From contig CAMAPH010000004.1 of the NCBI GenBank assembly GCA_945859975.1, forward strand, positions 32,001 to 96,000: a DNA stretch of 64,000 bases. Reading direction: 5' to 3'. How positions within the stretch are numbered: position 1 is the stretch's first letter; the number at the start of each line of letters is the position of its first letter. Below, in pieces: positions 20,589 to 31,047 of this stretch. A model generated the notes under the pieces. That model did no database searches, was not told the DNA's origin, and saw only the letters and a list, made by a program, of their open reading frames with translations. The DNA comes from Chthonomonas calidirosea. GTDB lineage: Bacteria > Armatimonadota > Fimbriimonadia > Fimbriimonadales > Fimbriimonadaceae. A program made the translations under genes and the position numbers.

Positions 20589-21638
20589 CTAAGCGGAGTA
20601 AGTTCGGCCCTTCCACTCGGTTTTTCCGGTCTTCCGCCAAATCATCGAGCGGACAATCGTCGCGGCTCCGATCGTCAATACGAGCGGCATCACGAGCACC
20701 GGCCATTTTGAGGCGCGGGCCGAGAGCGACACCATAAAGCCGGACCACGTGAGCAGTGCGAGGGTCCATGGTTCAAGAACCCATCCCCATCCCAAGAAAA
20801 GCAGGAAGAGTGCGAGCAGCGCACTGCCCAAAAAAGAATTGGTGATTTCGAATGAGTTCTTGCTGAACCCGTCGAAGGCTTGTCGCCAAGTTTCGTACAT
20901 GCGCACGGTCATGACTTGCGTGAGGTTGAGAGTCCAGACCTTCACGCCCTTTTTGGCCAGCAGTCGCCCCATGGCGACGTCTTCCATGATGCGTCCTTTC
21001 ACCGCTTCGTGCGGCGCGATGGCTTCGTAAGTGGATCGTCGCCAGGCCTGAATTTGTCCGTTCAGGAATTGGCTATGCCCGAGCCCGGTGCGATCGACGA
21101 GGCCGAAGGGGTTGCTCGCGAGCAGAATCCAACCCACCCACGCGGCGAAAAGTGGTTCAAGCCCGCGTCCAGGAAATACCTTTGGGATTCCCGTGAGGAC
21201 ACCCAGCTTTGGATCCGTCTCGGCCATGTGGGCTAAACGCGCAATAAAGTCTGGGCACACCTCCGTATCGGCATCTAGGAGGATTAGCCACTGGTTCTCG
21301 GGGTTCTCGAGCGCATGGTGGCAAAGGGTGTAACAGGCCCGGTTCTTACCGGTCCAACCTTGCGGAAGCGCCGAAGATGAGCGGATTACACGCGCGCCGA
21401 GGGACTGGGCAACTTCTCCGGTTCCATCGTTCGAATCGTCATCGAAAACGACGGTCGGAATCTGTTTCACCAGTTCCGGGAGCAGTCGCCTCAGGTTCTC
21501 AGATTCGTTTCTAGCCGGAATGAGCGCGATCCAGCCGGTGGCTAAGCCATCAATCTTTTGGGTTGGCCGCTTCATGAGCAGCCAATTGACGGTACTAACT
21601 GTCGCGTTTAGGCCGTAAAGCACCCACAGCAGGGTCAC
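20589..21638 (-). CDS. Family 2 glycosyltransferase (CrtQ-like)
   Basis: IPARNE, DDDSNDGT, GWTGK, LDAD, EDV motifs; C-terminal TM helices and WKGR. Confidence 0.85.
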   Translation of the reverse strand: MTLLWVLYGLNATVSTVNWLLMKRPTQKIDGLATGWIALIPARNESENLRRLLPELVKQIPTVVFDDDSNDGTGEVAQSLGARVIRSSSALPQGWTGKNRACYTLCHHALENPENQWLILLDADTEVCPDFIARLAHMAETDPKLGVLTGIPKVFPGRGLEPLFAAWVGWILLASNPFGLVDRTGLGHSQFLNGQIQAWRRSTYEAIAPHEAVKGRIMEDVAMGRLLAKKGVKVWTLNLTQVMTVRMYETWRQAFDGFSKNSFEITNSFLGSALLALFLLFLGWGWVLEPWTLALLTWSGFMVSLSARASKWPVLVMPLVLTIGAATIVRSMIWRKTGKTEWKGRTYSA

Positions 21639-22585
21639 CGGTTCCAGAACTCCGGATCATCGGAGCCGAGATACCAGATGGTAATGCCCGGAATGCCATA
21701 TCTTTTCGCGATCCCATGTTTCGCCCACATCGCTTGAGACCCGGAGAAATAGACCTTATCTTTCATCAGCTCACCGCTCATGAGATCCATTACGGCTTCA
21801 CGGCGGTTAAAGTCTTCGATCCGCAGGCTCAACGCGGGTTTTCTGGACCAGTCGTAGCCATAACCCGCCACGCCTAGTCGCAATTTTTCTCTAGGAACCC
21901 GAGTGAGGGCGTACTTGACCACTCGCTCGACCCAATCATTTGGCGCAATTGCCCCGGGTTCGCTGGTATCCCAGTGGAAGTCGTAGGCCATGATGCGCAC
22001 CGAATCGGCCGCGGCACCGAGCGCCTTCCAGTCATGCGCATTTGGCGCTTCCCAACCCACCTTGTCGCTTTCTTTCGCGTGGACGGTGACGCTGAGGTGC
22101 TTCTTCCCCATTGCGGCCTTCAGCTCGCGGACGAACGCGCTGTAGCGGTCAACGTCATCGGCTTTCATTGCCTCGTAGTCAAGGTCCAGACCGTCGAGCT
22201 TGTCCACCTTGATGAACTGCAGAAGCTGATCGATGTGGCGCTTTCTACTCGCCGGGGTGGCAAGCACCTTTGTGATTCGAGTGGGCTCAAATCCGTTCTC
22301 CCCGTAGTTGTTGATCATGCCGAGAAGACGGATTTTGCCGGCGGTGATCTTTCGGACTTCGGCGCGGAATTGGGGGGTAACGCCGTAGGCGTACTTCACG
22401 CTACCATCGGGCTGAACGGTGAGCCAGCCGGGAAGAATCTCAGACAGCTTTGCTCTTCGAGCCTTCAGCGCCTTTAGGCAGTTGGGGTTCCAACTCACGA
22501 TCCAAGCCGACCGTTGAGGGTCGGGATACTTTGGTTTCGGGGTCTGTTGACTGATCCATCCAAGCGCCATTGCCGTGAGCAGCAT
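21635..22585 (-). CDS. GH18 glycoside hydrolase
   Basis: DGLDLDYE (DxxDxDxE), IMAYDFH, WYLG. Confidence 0.85.
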   Translation of the reverse strand: MLLTAMALGWISQQTPKPKYPDPQRSAWIVSWNPNCLKALKARRAKLSEILPGWLTVQPDGSVKYAYGVTPQFRAEVRKITAGKIRLLGMINNYGENGFEPTRITKVLATPASRKRHIDQLLQFIKVDKLDGLDLDYEAMKADDVDRYSAFVRELKAAMGKKHLSVTVHAKESDKVGWEAPNAHDWKALGAAADSVRIMAYDFHWDTSEPGAIAPNDWVERVVKYALTRVPREKLRLGVAGYGYDWSRKPALSLRIEDFNRREAVMDLMSGELMKDKVYFSGSQAMWAKHGIAKRYGIPGITIWYLGSDDPEFWNR

Positions 22586-22624
22586 TCGGCTAGGCTACCT
22601 TTCCCAGACCCCGACTGATCGGCG

Positions 22625-23134
22625 TTACTTGCGGCGGTAGGTGGACTTCATGAACGAACGCCAACTGCCATCTTCGCTCTGGCCCCAGGCGGTCATCGTT
22701 CGGGTGTTTTCGTCGATAAGTTCGTGCACGTCGCGGTAGTTCGCGGTTTCGCCGTCCTTCACCATGCTCGGCCCTTCGCAGTTGAGGGTCATTACCTTGT
22801 CATCTTCGCTGAGCTCGCCGAAGTACTTCCAGAGGTGCAAGGACGCGGAAGCGAACCAGCAGCCGCGGTATTCATTGAACGAAACGTCCCACCCAAGGGC
22901 CAGTTTGTGGTGCATCGACTCGCCGTCGGGCATCGTCATTTCGCCCTCGCCGAAAGCCCAAAGTCCGCCGAGCATGGTCACCCTCTCGCTGCCTTCGCTG
23001 GTCATCTCTGGTCCGGTTGGTCCCATCGACATTTCGGTGGTGATGGTCCATTCGCCGACGAGGTTTTGTAACCAAGCGTGTTCGGCAACCGGCTTGGTTC
23101 CGGAAGGCGGGGTTTCTTCTGTGGTTTCGCTCAT
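22625..23134 (-). CDS. DUF1579-like protein
   Basis: EHAWLQNLVGEW, MLGGLW, C-terminal FMKSTYRR; start moved to ATG 23134 behind GGAG. Confidence 0.75.
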   Translation of the reverse strand: MSETTEETPPSGTKPVAEHAWLQNLVGEWTITTEMSMGPTGPEMTSEGSERVTMLGGLWAFGEGEMTMPDGESMHHKLALGWDVSFNEYRGCWFASASLHLWKYFGELSEDDKVMTLNCEGPSMVKDGETANYRDVHELIDENTRTMTAWGQSEDGSWRSFMKSTYRRK

Positions 23135-23299
23135 CGTTCGCTCCGAAGACGAGTATACGAGTTGCGTGTGATGTAATGTTTTGGGAATCTGTATGTACAG
23201 AAACGCAGATCGAATGGACAAGCGCGGCTAGCTTAAGAGGCTGTTCAGATGCTCTACGTCAATTCGGCTACCGGCCAAGCAGAAATTGAACCGGTGGAG

Positions 23300-23374
23300 T
23301 GGTGGGCGGTACAGGGATTGAACCTGTGACCCCTACAGTGTCATTGTAGTGCTCTACCACTGAGCTAACCGCCC
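23300..23374 (-). tRNA. tRNA-Val (GAC)
   Basis: Reverse complement GGGCGGT-TAGCTCAGTGGTAGAGC-A-CTACA-ATGACAC-TGTAG...GGTTCAATCC...ACCGCCC-A-CCA. Confidence 0.96.
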
Positions 23375-23408
23375 GAGCGAAGGTTCATTATGACACAACC
23401 TTCGGCAC

Positions 23409-23437
23409 AAAAAAAGGGTGCCGGCGAACCGGCACCC
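23409..23437 (-). terminator. Intrinsic terminator of the PEP-CTERM gene
   Basis: GGGTGCCGG-TTCG-CCGGCACCC followed by T7 on the minus strand. Confidence 0.9.
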
Positions 23438-23452
23438 GAGAATCTGCGAGGA

Positions 23453-24064
23453 TCAGGCCGACTTGCGGCGGCGGAAGAAGCCGAGGGCGCCGAGGCCGAG
23501 GACGGCGAGGGAGGCTGGCTCTGGGACAGGGTTCGAAGCGACGACCGAGACGTTGTCGATGTGGCTAACGAGGCCGTTCGTGTACGTCAAGAACTTGATC
23601 GTGCTGGCACCGGTCGCGGTGAATTCGAAGCTGTATCGCTTGGTGGTGTTGCCCGCTTCGTTACCCTGGAGGTTGCTGCCGAAGGAGGTGCCGTTGACCA
23701 TGAAGTCGACGCCGCCGTTGTACTGGGTGCCGCCGGTGTAGACGTCGAAGCTGACGGTGTACTTTTTGCCGATCTGGGTGGCAAGGGTCTGCTCGATCCC
23801 GCTGCCGGCTTTATCCGACGTGCCGCTGAGGTCCAGGTGCTGAGTCTGTTGTCCGAGGTAGCCGTTGCCGGTCAAGGTGACGTTGCGGCCGGATGGTCCA
23901 ACGACGTTCCAACCGGTGAGGCCGGTCGAACCCACGGCGTAATTCGTGGAGCCGCCCGACAAGGCGTTGGCTTCGAAGGTGCCGTTGATAACAAGGGATG
24001 CCTGAGCGGCAAACGGGAGAACGAGGGCAGACGCGGCAAAAGCGATTCGTGCAACAAACTTCAT
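23453..24064 (-). CDS. PEP-CTERM surface protein with DUF642-like carbohydrate-binding domain
   Basis: Signal peptide, INGTFE, C-terminal VPEPASLAVLGLGALGFFRRRK; true start ATG 24064. Confidence 0.9.
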   Translation of the reverse strand: MKFVARIAFAASALVLPFAAQASLVINGTFEANALSGGSTNYAVGSTGLTGWNVVGPSGRNVTLTGNGYLGQQTQHLDLSGTSDKAGSGIEQTLATQIGKKYTVSFDVYTGGTQYNGGVDFMVNGTSFGSNLQGNEAGNTTKRYSFEFTATGASTIKFLTYTNGLVSHIDNVSVVASNPVPEPASLAVLGLGALGFFRRRKSA

Positions 24065-24145
24065 GATTAAAAGTATGGATGCCCGCGCCGTGACTTCCTG
24101 TACCCATTTCATGGTCACGCGAACCCGGTAGCTCAAAATGGACGA

Positions 24146-24814
24146 ATGGCAACCATCCGCATCCTTGAGTCTCGAACGGACCCGCAATTCTGGCCGACAC
24201 TCGAACTCTACGTCGAGTCGTTTCCGCGCGATGAGCGCGTGCCGCTTGGGCGCATGGCGGAGTTTTTTGGCGGCGATGCGCGAGAGGGCAAGCAAGAAGG
24301 CAGCGTTTTGTGGCGGGTTGCGATTGCCGAAGAAGGGAGCGAGTTGGCGGGGTTCCGGGTGTTCGCCGTCGACCTGCAGTCCGGCTTGGTGTTTCTCGTC
24401 TATCTCGCCGTCGATCCTCGGTTTCGGCGGCGCGGGATCGGACAACTACTCATTGACTACGCAAGAGACGACAGTCAGCGGGAACTGGGCGAGAAGCCGC
24501 TGGTCGCGATGTTTTTGGAGTGCGAGCGGCCCGAGCTAGTGCAGGGCGAAGAGCACGAGAAGCGGAAGGAGCGACTTCGGCTCTTCGGCAAGTATGGGGC
24601 GCGCATCATTAGCCGAGCGTATGTGATGCAGAGCATGGGCGAAGGGCGCGATCCGGTGCCGATGATTCTGCTGGCGTATCCGATTGCCGAGAAAATCGAC
24701 TGGATTGAGGCGGTGAAGTCGTTCCACCGCCGGTTCCATAGCCTTCCGGCTGGGTCTTCCCTCGAAGTCGACTGTCTAAAAGGTTTAGAACCTACTCCGT
24801 TGATTCCGTACTGA
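24146..24814 (+). CDS. GNAT family N-acetyltransferase
   Basis: YLAVDPRFRRRGIGQLL acetyl-CoA binding motif. Confidence 0.85.
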   Translation: MATIRILESRTDPQFWPTLELYVESFPRDERVPLGRMAEFFGGDAREGKQEGSVLWRVAIAEEGSELAGFRVFAVDLQSGLVFLVYLAVDPRFRRRGIGQLLIDYARDDSQRELGEKPLVAMFLECERPELVQGEEHEKRKERLRLFGKYGARIISRAYVMQSMGEGRDPVPMILLAYPIAEKIDWIEAVKSFHRRFHSLPAGSSLEVDCLKGLEPTPLIPY

Positions 24815-25130
24815 TTGACCCGCCCGCGGCCGCTCCAGCGGCCCGTCTGGCTTGGTCTTTCGCGGCCTGGCCGACGCCCGATCCGCCACCCTGAATGTTC
24901 TCGGTGCCAGTCATCGGGGTCATTCCGCCCATAGCTCCGCTTCCGATCGGCGCGACTCCTCCCCCATTACCCTGGGCCGTGCTAGCAGGCGCCGTGCCGC
25001 CGGGTGCCGTGGCGCCAGGGGCTTCCGCTGGGACGGCAGGCTCGGCTGGCTTTGGCGGCTCGCAGCCAACAAGCAATGCCGAAGCAAGGACAAGCGTCCC
25101 GGACAAAAGAAGACCCATTCGATTTCGCAT
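24792..25130 (-). CDS. Hypothetical Pro/Ala/Gly-rich lipoprotein
   Basis: Lipobox LVGC; TAAGAT 6 nt before ATG. Confidence 0.7.
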   Translation of the reverse strand: MRNRMGLLLSGTLVLASALLVGCEPPKPAEPAVPAEAPGATAPGGTAPASTAQGNGGGVAPIGSGAMGGMTPMTGTENIQGGGSGVGQAAKDQARRAAGAAAGGSISTESTE

Positions 25131-25168
25131 GCCTGTATCTTAACCCTCCGTCGGCTCATAATCTAGAG

Positions 25169-25513
25169 GTGAAGCAACTTTCTCTCGTAGTCTGTGCAGC
25201 AATCTTGGCTGGGTGCATTGGGCCACAAGAAACGGCGGTCGAGAAGGAAGCGCCGGGAGCGGTGAACCGAATCGGCCAAGCTCCGGTTGCAGGCGAGGAC
25301 GCAACCCCAACCGGTACGGGGGAAGACAGTGGCCGAAGCCGCCTGAACATTGGAATGTTTGTCGATGACGTCATCTCGATCAAGGGTGCGCCCGCGCGGA
25401 AAGTGCATTCCCACGAAACCGAAGGGCAACATCTCGACATTTATGAGTACGACGACGTGAAGGTCACCTTCGAAAAAGGGAAGGTTTCGCGCATCGAACC
25501 GATCAACAAGTAA
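25169..25513 (+). CDS. Hypothetical lipoprotein (small SmpA/OmlA-like C-terminus)
   Basis: GTG start, lipobox LAGC, IGM..DDV...KGAP motif; CATAAT 6 nt before start. Confidence 0.7.
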   Translation: MKQLSLVVCAAILAGCIGPQETAVEKEAPGAVNRIGQAPVAGEDATPTGTGEDSGRSRLNIGMFVDDVISIKGAPARKVHSHETEGQHLDIYEYDDVKVTFEKGKVSRIEPINK

Positions 25514-25587
25514 GCGAGAATATTCTCAGGCCACTGCACAACACTAATCCACGATTCCCGGTCCGCAAACCTCGGTAAAGTAGCCCC

Positions 25588-27135
25588 ATGGTTACGGCCC
25601 TGATAGCCGGTGGATTATTGGCAATGACGCCCTCGCAGCAAGCAAAAAGCGATTTCGAAAAACGTGCAAACGACTGGCGCAATGGTGCAGTGGTCTACCA
25701 AGTTTTTGTAGACCGCTTTGTTCCACCAACGAACATTGCGTCCAAACAAAGTTTGTATCAAACTCCCCTAAAGCCTTGGACCGAGTTACCTAAGGCGCGA
25801 TTTGACGAGAAGACCAAGTCCTACCCCCACGTTTACGACTTTTGGGGAGGCGACCTCAATGGTCTGTCCACGAAGTTGGACTACATCCAGCAATTAGGCG
25901 CGGATGTTGTTTATCTCAACCCGATTTTCACCTCACCCAGTAATCACAAGTACGACACTACCGATTACCTAGAGATAGACCCCCAACTCGGAACGATGAG
26001 CGATTTCAAATCGCTTCTCAAACAGGTCCACGCCAAGAAAATGCGCCTGATGCTTGATGGTGTTTTCAACCACATCGGTAACGAGTCACCGATTTTTCTG
26101 GAAGCCAAGTCGAACCCAAAGAGCGCGCGGCGTGATTGGTTCTTCATCGGAAATGAGTACGAAAAGGGCTATCGCGGCTGGGCAGGGGTGAGTTCGATGC
26201 CAGCTTTGAAGCTCGAAAATCCCGAGGTTCGGGATTACCTCTGGAAGTCCAAGACGAGCGTGGTGAACCATTATCTCAAGCTCGGTATCGATGGCTGGCG
26301 GCTGGACGTCGCCTTCGAGCTCGGACCGGATTACCTTTCGGAACTGACAAAGTCGGCCCACGCCACGAAGAAGGGCTCGGCGGTGATCGGCGAAATCTCG
26401 GGATACCCCGCCGAATGGCACGGGGCCGTGGATGGCGTTTTCAACTTCCACAGCATCAACCTCGGCATCGAAATGCTGAATGGAAACGTGAGCGGTGGCC
26501 AAGTGGGACAGATGTACGACGACCTCGTCGCCGATGCCGGAATCGAATCGCTTCTAAAGGCCTGGCTAATAACGGACAACCACGATACGCCGCGACTTTC
26601 GAGCGTAGTAAAGGATTCCGAAACCCGGCACTTGGTGAAGGTACTGCAAATGACCCTACCGGGATCCCCCTGTCTCTACTACGGAACCGAACTCGGCCTT
26701 CCCGGTACAGGTGACCCCGAGTGTAGGGCACCTATGCCATGGGACAAAGTCACGGATTCGAATCCCGACTATGCGAGTACCAAAAACCTTTTGAAATTGC
26801 GGAAAGCAATGCCGGCGCTCAAGTACGGCGACTACAAGTCGCTTCGTACGGACAAATTGCTCGCATTCGCGCGCACCACCGATCGACTTCAGGACACCGT
26901 CATCGTGGTCATGAATCCTACGACCAAATCGGTTAAGGAATCGTTTGCCTCACGGGTTGGAAGAATCATGAGCTGGGGCGAGATGGTCGATGTGATGACC
27001 GGGAAAAAGTATCGTTCCATCACCGGAATGCTAAATCTCGAATTGCCCGCAAAGAGCGCGATGATCCTGGTCCCCATCACCGACCCATTTGGCGGTTACT
27101 CACCGTATCAGCGCATCCTCGATTCCGACGGCTAG
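25588..27135 (+). CDS. GH13 alpha-amylase family (neopullulanase/cyclomaltodextrinase-like)
   Basis: YQVFVDRF, GGDLNG, DGVFNH, DGWRLDVA, NHD, YYGTE. Confidence 0.92.
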   Translation: MVTALIAGGLLAMTPSQQAKSDFEKRANDWRNGAVVYQVFVDRFVPPTNIASKQSLYQTPLKPWTELPKARFDEKTKSYPHVYDFWGGDLNGLSTKLDYIQQLGADVVYLNPIFTSPSNHKYDTTDYLEIDPQLGTMSDFKSLLKQVHAKKMRLMLDGVFNHIGNESPIFLEAKSNPKSARRDWFFIGNEYEKGYRGWAGVSSMPALKLENPEVRDYLWKSKTSVVNHYLKLGIDGWRLDVAFELGPDYLSELTKSAHATKKGSAVIGEISGYPAEWHGAVDGVFNFHSINLGIEMLNGNVSGGQVGQMYDDLVADAGIESLLKAWLITDNHDTPRLSSVVKDSETRHLVKVLQMTLPGSPCLYYGTELGLPGTGDPECRAPMPWDKVTDSNPDYASTKNLLKLRKAMPALKYGDYKSLRTDKLLAFARTTDRLQDTVIVVMNPTTKSVKESFASRVGRIMSWGEMVDVMTGKKYRSITGMLNLELPAKSAMILVPITDPFGGYSPYQRILDSDG

Positions 27136-27140
27136 CCAAA

Positions 27141-27695
27141 ATGCGATCGTTCACCAATCTGGAACTTCCCTCCGACCGGCTACTGCTTCGACCTTTGCAG
27201 CAAGGCGACGCGGAAGAGCTGTTCCAGATTTTCTCGAACCCACAAGTGATGCGCTACTGGAGCCATCCGGCCTGGGAGACCATCGCCAGCGCAAGAGAGC
27301 AGATTGAGCTAGACGAGGTGGAGCTAGCCGAGGGCGACCACCTACGGCTCGGGATCATCCGCAAGCAGGATGAAGCCCTCATCGGTACCTGCAGCCTATT
27401 CGCCTTCGATATCCAAAACCGCCGCTGCGAAGTCGGCTACGCGCTTCATCCAGATGCTTGGCATCAGGGCTTCATGCAGGAAGCCCTCTGCGTACTGCTG
27501 GACTACGCCTTCGACACGCTCGATTTGAACCGTCTCGAGGCAGACATCGACCCACGCAATGTCGCGTCGGCCAAGAGCCTAGAACGCTTGGGCTTTGTGC
27601 AAGAAGGATTGCTCCGGCAACGGTGGATTGTGGGTGAGGAAGTTTCTGATTCGGCGCTATACGGGTTGCTGAAAGACGACTGGCGCAGTCGTTAG
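27141..27695 (+). CDS. RimJ/RimL-type GNAT acetyltransferase
   Basis: RLLLRP, EVGYAL, NVASAKSLERLGFVQEG. Confidence 0.9.
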   Translation: MRSFTNLELPSDRLLLRPLQQGDAEELFQIFSNPQVMRYWSHPAWETIASAREQIELDEVELAEGDHLRLGIIRKQDEALIGTCSLFAFDIQNRRCEVGYALHPDAWHQGFMQEALCVLLDYAFDTLDLNRLEADIDPRNVASAKSLERLGFVQEGLLRQRWIVGEEVSDSALYGLLKDDWRSR

Positions 27696-27930
27696 CAAGA
27701 AAAATTTCGGAAATTTTCGCAAAGTTCCGAACTTTCGAATCCTTCAGAAACTTGTGAGACTCTAACTATATGGGGACGAAAAACGCTGGTTCGTTCGAAA
27801 CGGTGGAATCTCTTCCCCAGCTTCACAGCGTCGTGGAACTCTCGCCGTACAGGATTTGAAGAGAATCCCAACACCTGTTCTGTGCAGACCCAAAGAGGAC
27901 CGGCGGTTGAACTGCCGGATACCGTGATCC

Positions 27931-29271
27931 ATGAGTACCGAAATCCTGGCAAGATTCCAATTTGCCTTCACATCCGCGTTCCATTACCTTTTCCCTCCCC
28001 TCAGCATCGGCCTTGGCCTGATCCTTGTGATCATGGAGGGGCTCTACCTAAAGACCGGTAAACCGATCTATCACCAGATGACCAAGTTCTGGGTGAACGT
28101 CTTCGCCGTCATCTTCAGCCTAGGCGTCGCCACCGGGATCGTTCTCGAGTTCGAATTTGGCACCAACTGGGCCACCTATTCCCGCTACGTGGGCGACATC
28201 TTTGGCAGCGCCCTTGCCGCAGAAGGCATCTTTGCCTTCTTTCTTGAATCTGGTTTCCTTGCCGTGCTCGTGTTCGGCTGGGATCGAGTCAGCCCGAAAG
28301 TGCACTTCCTGAGCACCTGCATGGTCGCGCTCGGCAGCACCTTCAGCGCCGTTTGGATCATCGTCGCGAACTCGTGGATGCAAACTCCCGCGGGCTACAA
28401 GATCGTTGGTGAGGGCAGAACCACCCGGGCCGAAATCACCGATTTCTGGGCGATGGTTTTCAACCCAAGCGCAATGGACCGCCTTTCACACACCGTGAGC
28501 GCGGCATGGATCACCGGGGCATTCCTTGTCATCAGCGTCAGCGCCTACTACCTTCGCAAGAATCGACACGTTGACTTCGCAAAAGCCAGCATGAAAATCG
28601 GTCTGACCGTTGCGGTCATGGCCAGTTTGCTGCAGCTTTTCACCGGACATAGAAGCGCAGACGGAGTCTCGGTCAACCAGCCAGCAAAGCTCGCCGCTTT
28701 TGAGGGTCACTATGACTCAAGCAAGCCGATGGACGGCTATCTGGCAGGCTACGTTGACGAATCGACCCAGTCGGTAAAAGGCGTGCGAATCCCGGTAGAC
28801 GGCTTCACAAGTTGGCTGCTTTACAAGGACGCGTCTCGACCCGTCACCGGACTCGACAAGTTCCCGAAAGAAGACCGACCGCCGGTTCAAGTGGTGTTCC
28901 AAACGTATCACTTGATGGTCGGCATCGGATTCACGCTCATTGGTCTCTCGATCCTCGCCGCCTTCATGGCATGGCGGAACATCCTTTGGGAGAACAAGCT
29001 CGTCTTGACCGTGCTCAGTTGGTCCGTGCTGTTGCCGCAACTTGCTAACCAAGCCGGGTGGGTTTCGGCAGAAATGGGTCGCCAGCCGTGGGTTGTTTAC
29101 AACATTCTGCGCACGAAGGACGGCCTTTCGAAGGTCGTGAAAGCCGAGCAGATTCTGGCCAGCATCATCATTTTTGGTGCCATCTACGCGCTCCTCTTCT
29201 TCCTCTTCATCTATCTTCTGAACAAGAAGATCAAGACTGGGCCAGCCGTAACGGCGGAGGTGCCAGCATGA
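27931..29271 (+). CDS. cydA: Cytochrome bd ubiquinol oxidase subunit I
   Basis: [43 protein letters not shown]. Confidence 0.97.
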   Translation: MSTEILARFQFAFTSAFHYLFPPLSIGLGLILVIMEGLYLKTGKPIYHQMTKFWVNVFAVIFSLGVATGIVLEFEFGTNWATYSRYVGDIFGSALAAEGIFAFFLESGFLAVLVFGWDRVSPKVHFLSTCMVALGSTFSAVWIIVANSWMQTPAGYKIVGEGRTTRAEITDFWAMVFNPSAMDRLSHTVSAAWITGAFLVISVSAYYLRKNRHVDFAKASMKIGLTVAVMASLLQLFTGHRSADGVSVNQPAKLAAFEGHYDSSKPMDGYLAGYVDESTQSVKGVRIPVDGFTSWLLYKDASRPVTGLDKFPKEDRPPVQVVFQTYHLMVGIGFTLIGLSILAAFMAWRNILWENKLVLTVLSWSVLLPQLANQAGWVSAEMGRQPWVVYNILRTKDGLSKVVKAEQILASIIIFGAIYALLFFLFIYLLNKKIKTGPAVTAEVPA

Positions 29272-30296
29272 ATCCGTTCAACTACTTGCCGGAAATCTGG
29301 TTCTTCCTTGTTGGTGTCCTCTTGCTTGGATACGCGATTCTGGATGGCTTCGATCTGGGCGTCGGAGCATGGCTTCTCCGAGCAAAAGGCGATACCGACC
29401 GCCGAATGCTTCTCAACGCGATCGGCCCCGTTTGGGATGGCAACGAAGTCTGGCTTGTCGTCGGCGGAGGTGCGCTGTTTGCCGCTTTCCCAAACGTCTA
29501 TGCCACCGTATTCAGCGGCTTCTACTTGCCGTTCATTCTGCTGCTCGTCGGCCTCATCTTCCGCGCGGTTGCGATCGAGTTCCGCAGCAAAGAGGAAGGC
29601 ACTCGCTGGCGATCCTTTTGGGATGCGAGCTTCTCAATTGCTTCCATCCTGATTGCCGTGCTGAGCGGAGTCGCGCTCGGGAACATCGCCCTCGGCGTCC
29701 CGATTGGTAGCGACGGCGAATACGCTGGCGGGTTCTTTAACCTGCTGAATCCCTACGCGCTGATCACGGGAGTCACCGCCCTGGCGCTATTCATGATGCA
29801 CGGAAGCATCTATCTCGTCCTCAAGACAGAGGGCGAGCTACAGGAAACAGCTCGCGGTTGGGTGAAGAACGGCATGATCTTCTTTATCGTGATGTACGGC
29901 ATCTTGACCATGGCGACCCTCATCTTTGCGCCTCACATGGCATCGAAGATTCAGAGTAATCCATGGTTCATCTTCCTTCCGATCGTGACGATGCTATTCG
30001 TCGCCAACGTGCCGCGCGAGATCTCTCGTGGCAAGGAGATGAATGCGTTCCTTTCGAGTTGCGGCGTCATTGGCTCGCTGCTCGCACTGTTTGGACTGGG
30101 GCTGTTCCCGAACCTTGTGCTCTCGAGCCCAACCGCGGCGAACAGTCTCACCATCTATAACTCATCGTCAAGCCAGGCCTCGCTGACCACGATGTTCTAC
30201 ATCACACTCCTCGGATTTCCCTTTGTAGTGGCTTACACATTTGCCATATATTGGGTTTTCCGCGGGAAAGTCCAGTCGCACTCGTTGCACTACTAA
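29268..30296 (+). CDS. cydB: Cytochrome bd ubiquinol oxidase subunit II
   Basis: LDGFDLGVG, GPVWDGNEVWL; ATG 29268 overlaps cydA stop. Confidence 0.96.
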   Translation: MNPFNYLPEIWFFLVGVLLLGYAILDGFDLGVGAWLLRAKGDTDRRMLLNAIGPVWDGNEVWLVVGGGALFAAFPNVYATVFSGFYLPFILLLVGLIFRAVAIEFRSKEEGTRWRSFWDASFSIASILIAVLSGVALGNIALGVPIGSDGEYAGGFFNLLNPYALITGVTALALFMMHGSIYLVLKTEGELQETARGWVKNGMIFFIVMYGILTMATLIFAPHMASKIQSNPWFIFLPIVTMLFVANVPREISRGKEMNAFLSSCGVIGSLLALFGLGLFPNLVLSSPTAANSLTIYNSSSSQASLTTMFYITLLGFPFVVAYTFAIYWVFRGKVQSHSLHY

Positions 30297-30303
30297 GCCG
30301 TTT

Positions 30304-30340
30304 TTGGATTGGCCGGTCCCGGATGGACCGGCCAGTCCAA
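30304..30340. terminator. Hairpin after cydB
   Basis: TTGGATTGGCCGGTCC/GGACCGGCCAGTCCAA inverted repeat; no clear U-tract. Confidence 0.55.
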
Positions 30341-30356
30341 ACGCTAAGCTAGAACG

Positions 30357-31022
30357 GTGACGCGCTACGATCGTTCGTCCATCAAACTCGCGGTCGGGCT
30401 TGCCGCGCTGGCGGGCTACGTGGACGCATCTGGATTTCTCGCAACGGGCGGACTGTTCGTTTCGTTTATGAGCGGAAACTCGACCCGATTCGCGGTTCAG
30501 CTTTCCGAAGGCAAATTCGAACTTGCGGGCCTAACGCTGGGAGTCCTTGGGCTGTTTGTGACGGGCGTGGTGCTGGGGTCTGTCATTTCTCGCGTGAGCG
30601 CGGCTCGCCGGAAGGCCGCCGTTCTGTTCTTTGTCGGAACCTGCCTCAGCATCGCCGCCGTGTTGTACGGACTCGGACAGCAGCGTGCAAGTACCGCCTT
30701 CCTAATCCTTGCCATGGGCGCAGAAAACACGGTGTTTCAACGCGACGGCGAAGTCACCATCGGTCTCACTTACATGACCGGCACCCTCGTGAAGCTCGGC
30801 CAACAGATCGCCGGCATGTTCTTCGGCGGCCCGCGCGATGGTTGGCTCCGATATGCCCTGAGCTGGGGCGGGCTGGTTACGGGGGCGGTGCTGGGCGCGC
30901 TTGGCCACGCCAAGTTTGAGCAGTACAGCCTCTGGCCAGCGGCGGTGGCTGCGTTCGCTTTTATGTTTGTTGCCAATAGACTACAGTCCGCTGAACCTGA
31001 GCCCGCACGACCTAACGATTAG
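30357..31022 (+). CDS. YoaK/DUF1275 family membrane protein
   Basis: AGYVDA, FVSFMSGNST, AMGAEN, TYMTG. Confidence 0.88.
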   Translation: MTRYDRSSIKLAVGLAALAGYVDASGFLATGGLFVSFMSGNSTRFAVQLSEGKFELAGLTLGVLGLFVTGVVLGSVISRVSAARRKAAVLFFVGTCLSIAAVLYGLGQQRASTAFLILAMGAENTVFQRDGEVTIGLTYMTGTLVKLGQQIAGMFFGGPRDGWLRYALSWGGLVTGAVLGALGHAKFEQYSLWPAAVAAFAFMFVANRLQSAEPEPARPND

Positions 31023-31047
31023 GCTTGAAAGTCGGTATTACTAATCA

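Noticed and set aside
23135..23299. Attachment-site duplication after tRNA-Val
   Set aside because: No repeat of any tRNA 3' end was found within the window
27701..27717. Resemblance to the CodY box AATTTTCWGAAAATT
   Set aside because: CodY is essentially restricted to Bacillota; kept only as an unassigned dyad
27752..27769. Possible Rex operator before cydA (TTGTGA half-site)
   Set aside because: The right half matches only 2 of 7 positions of TTCACAA
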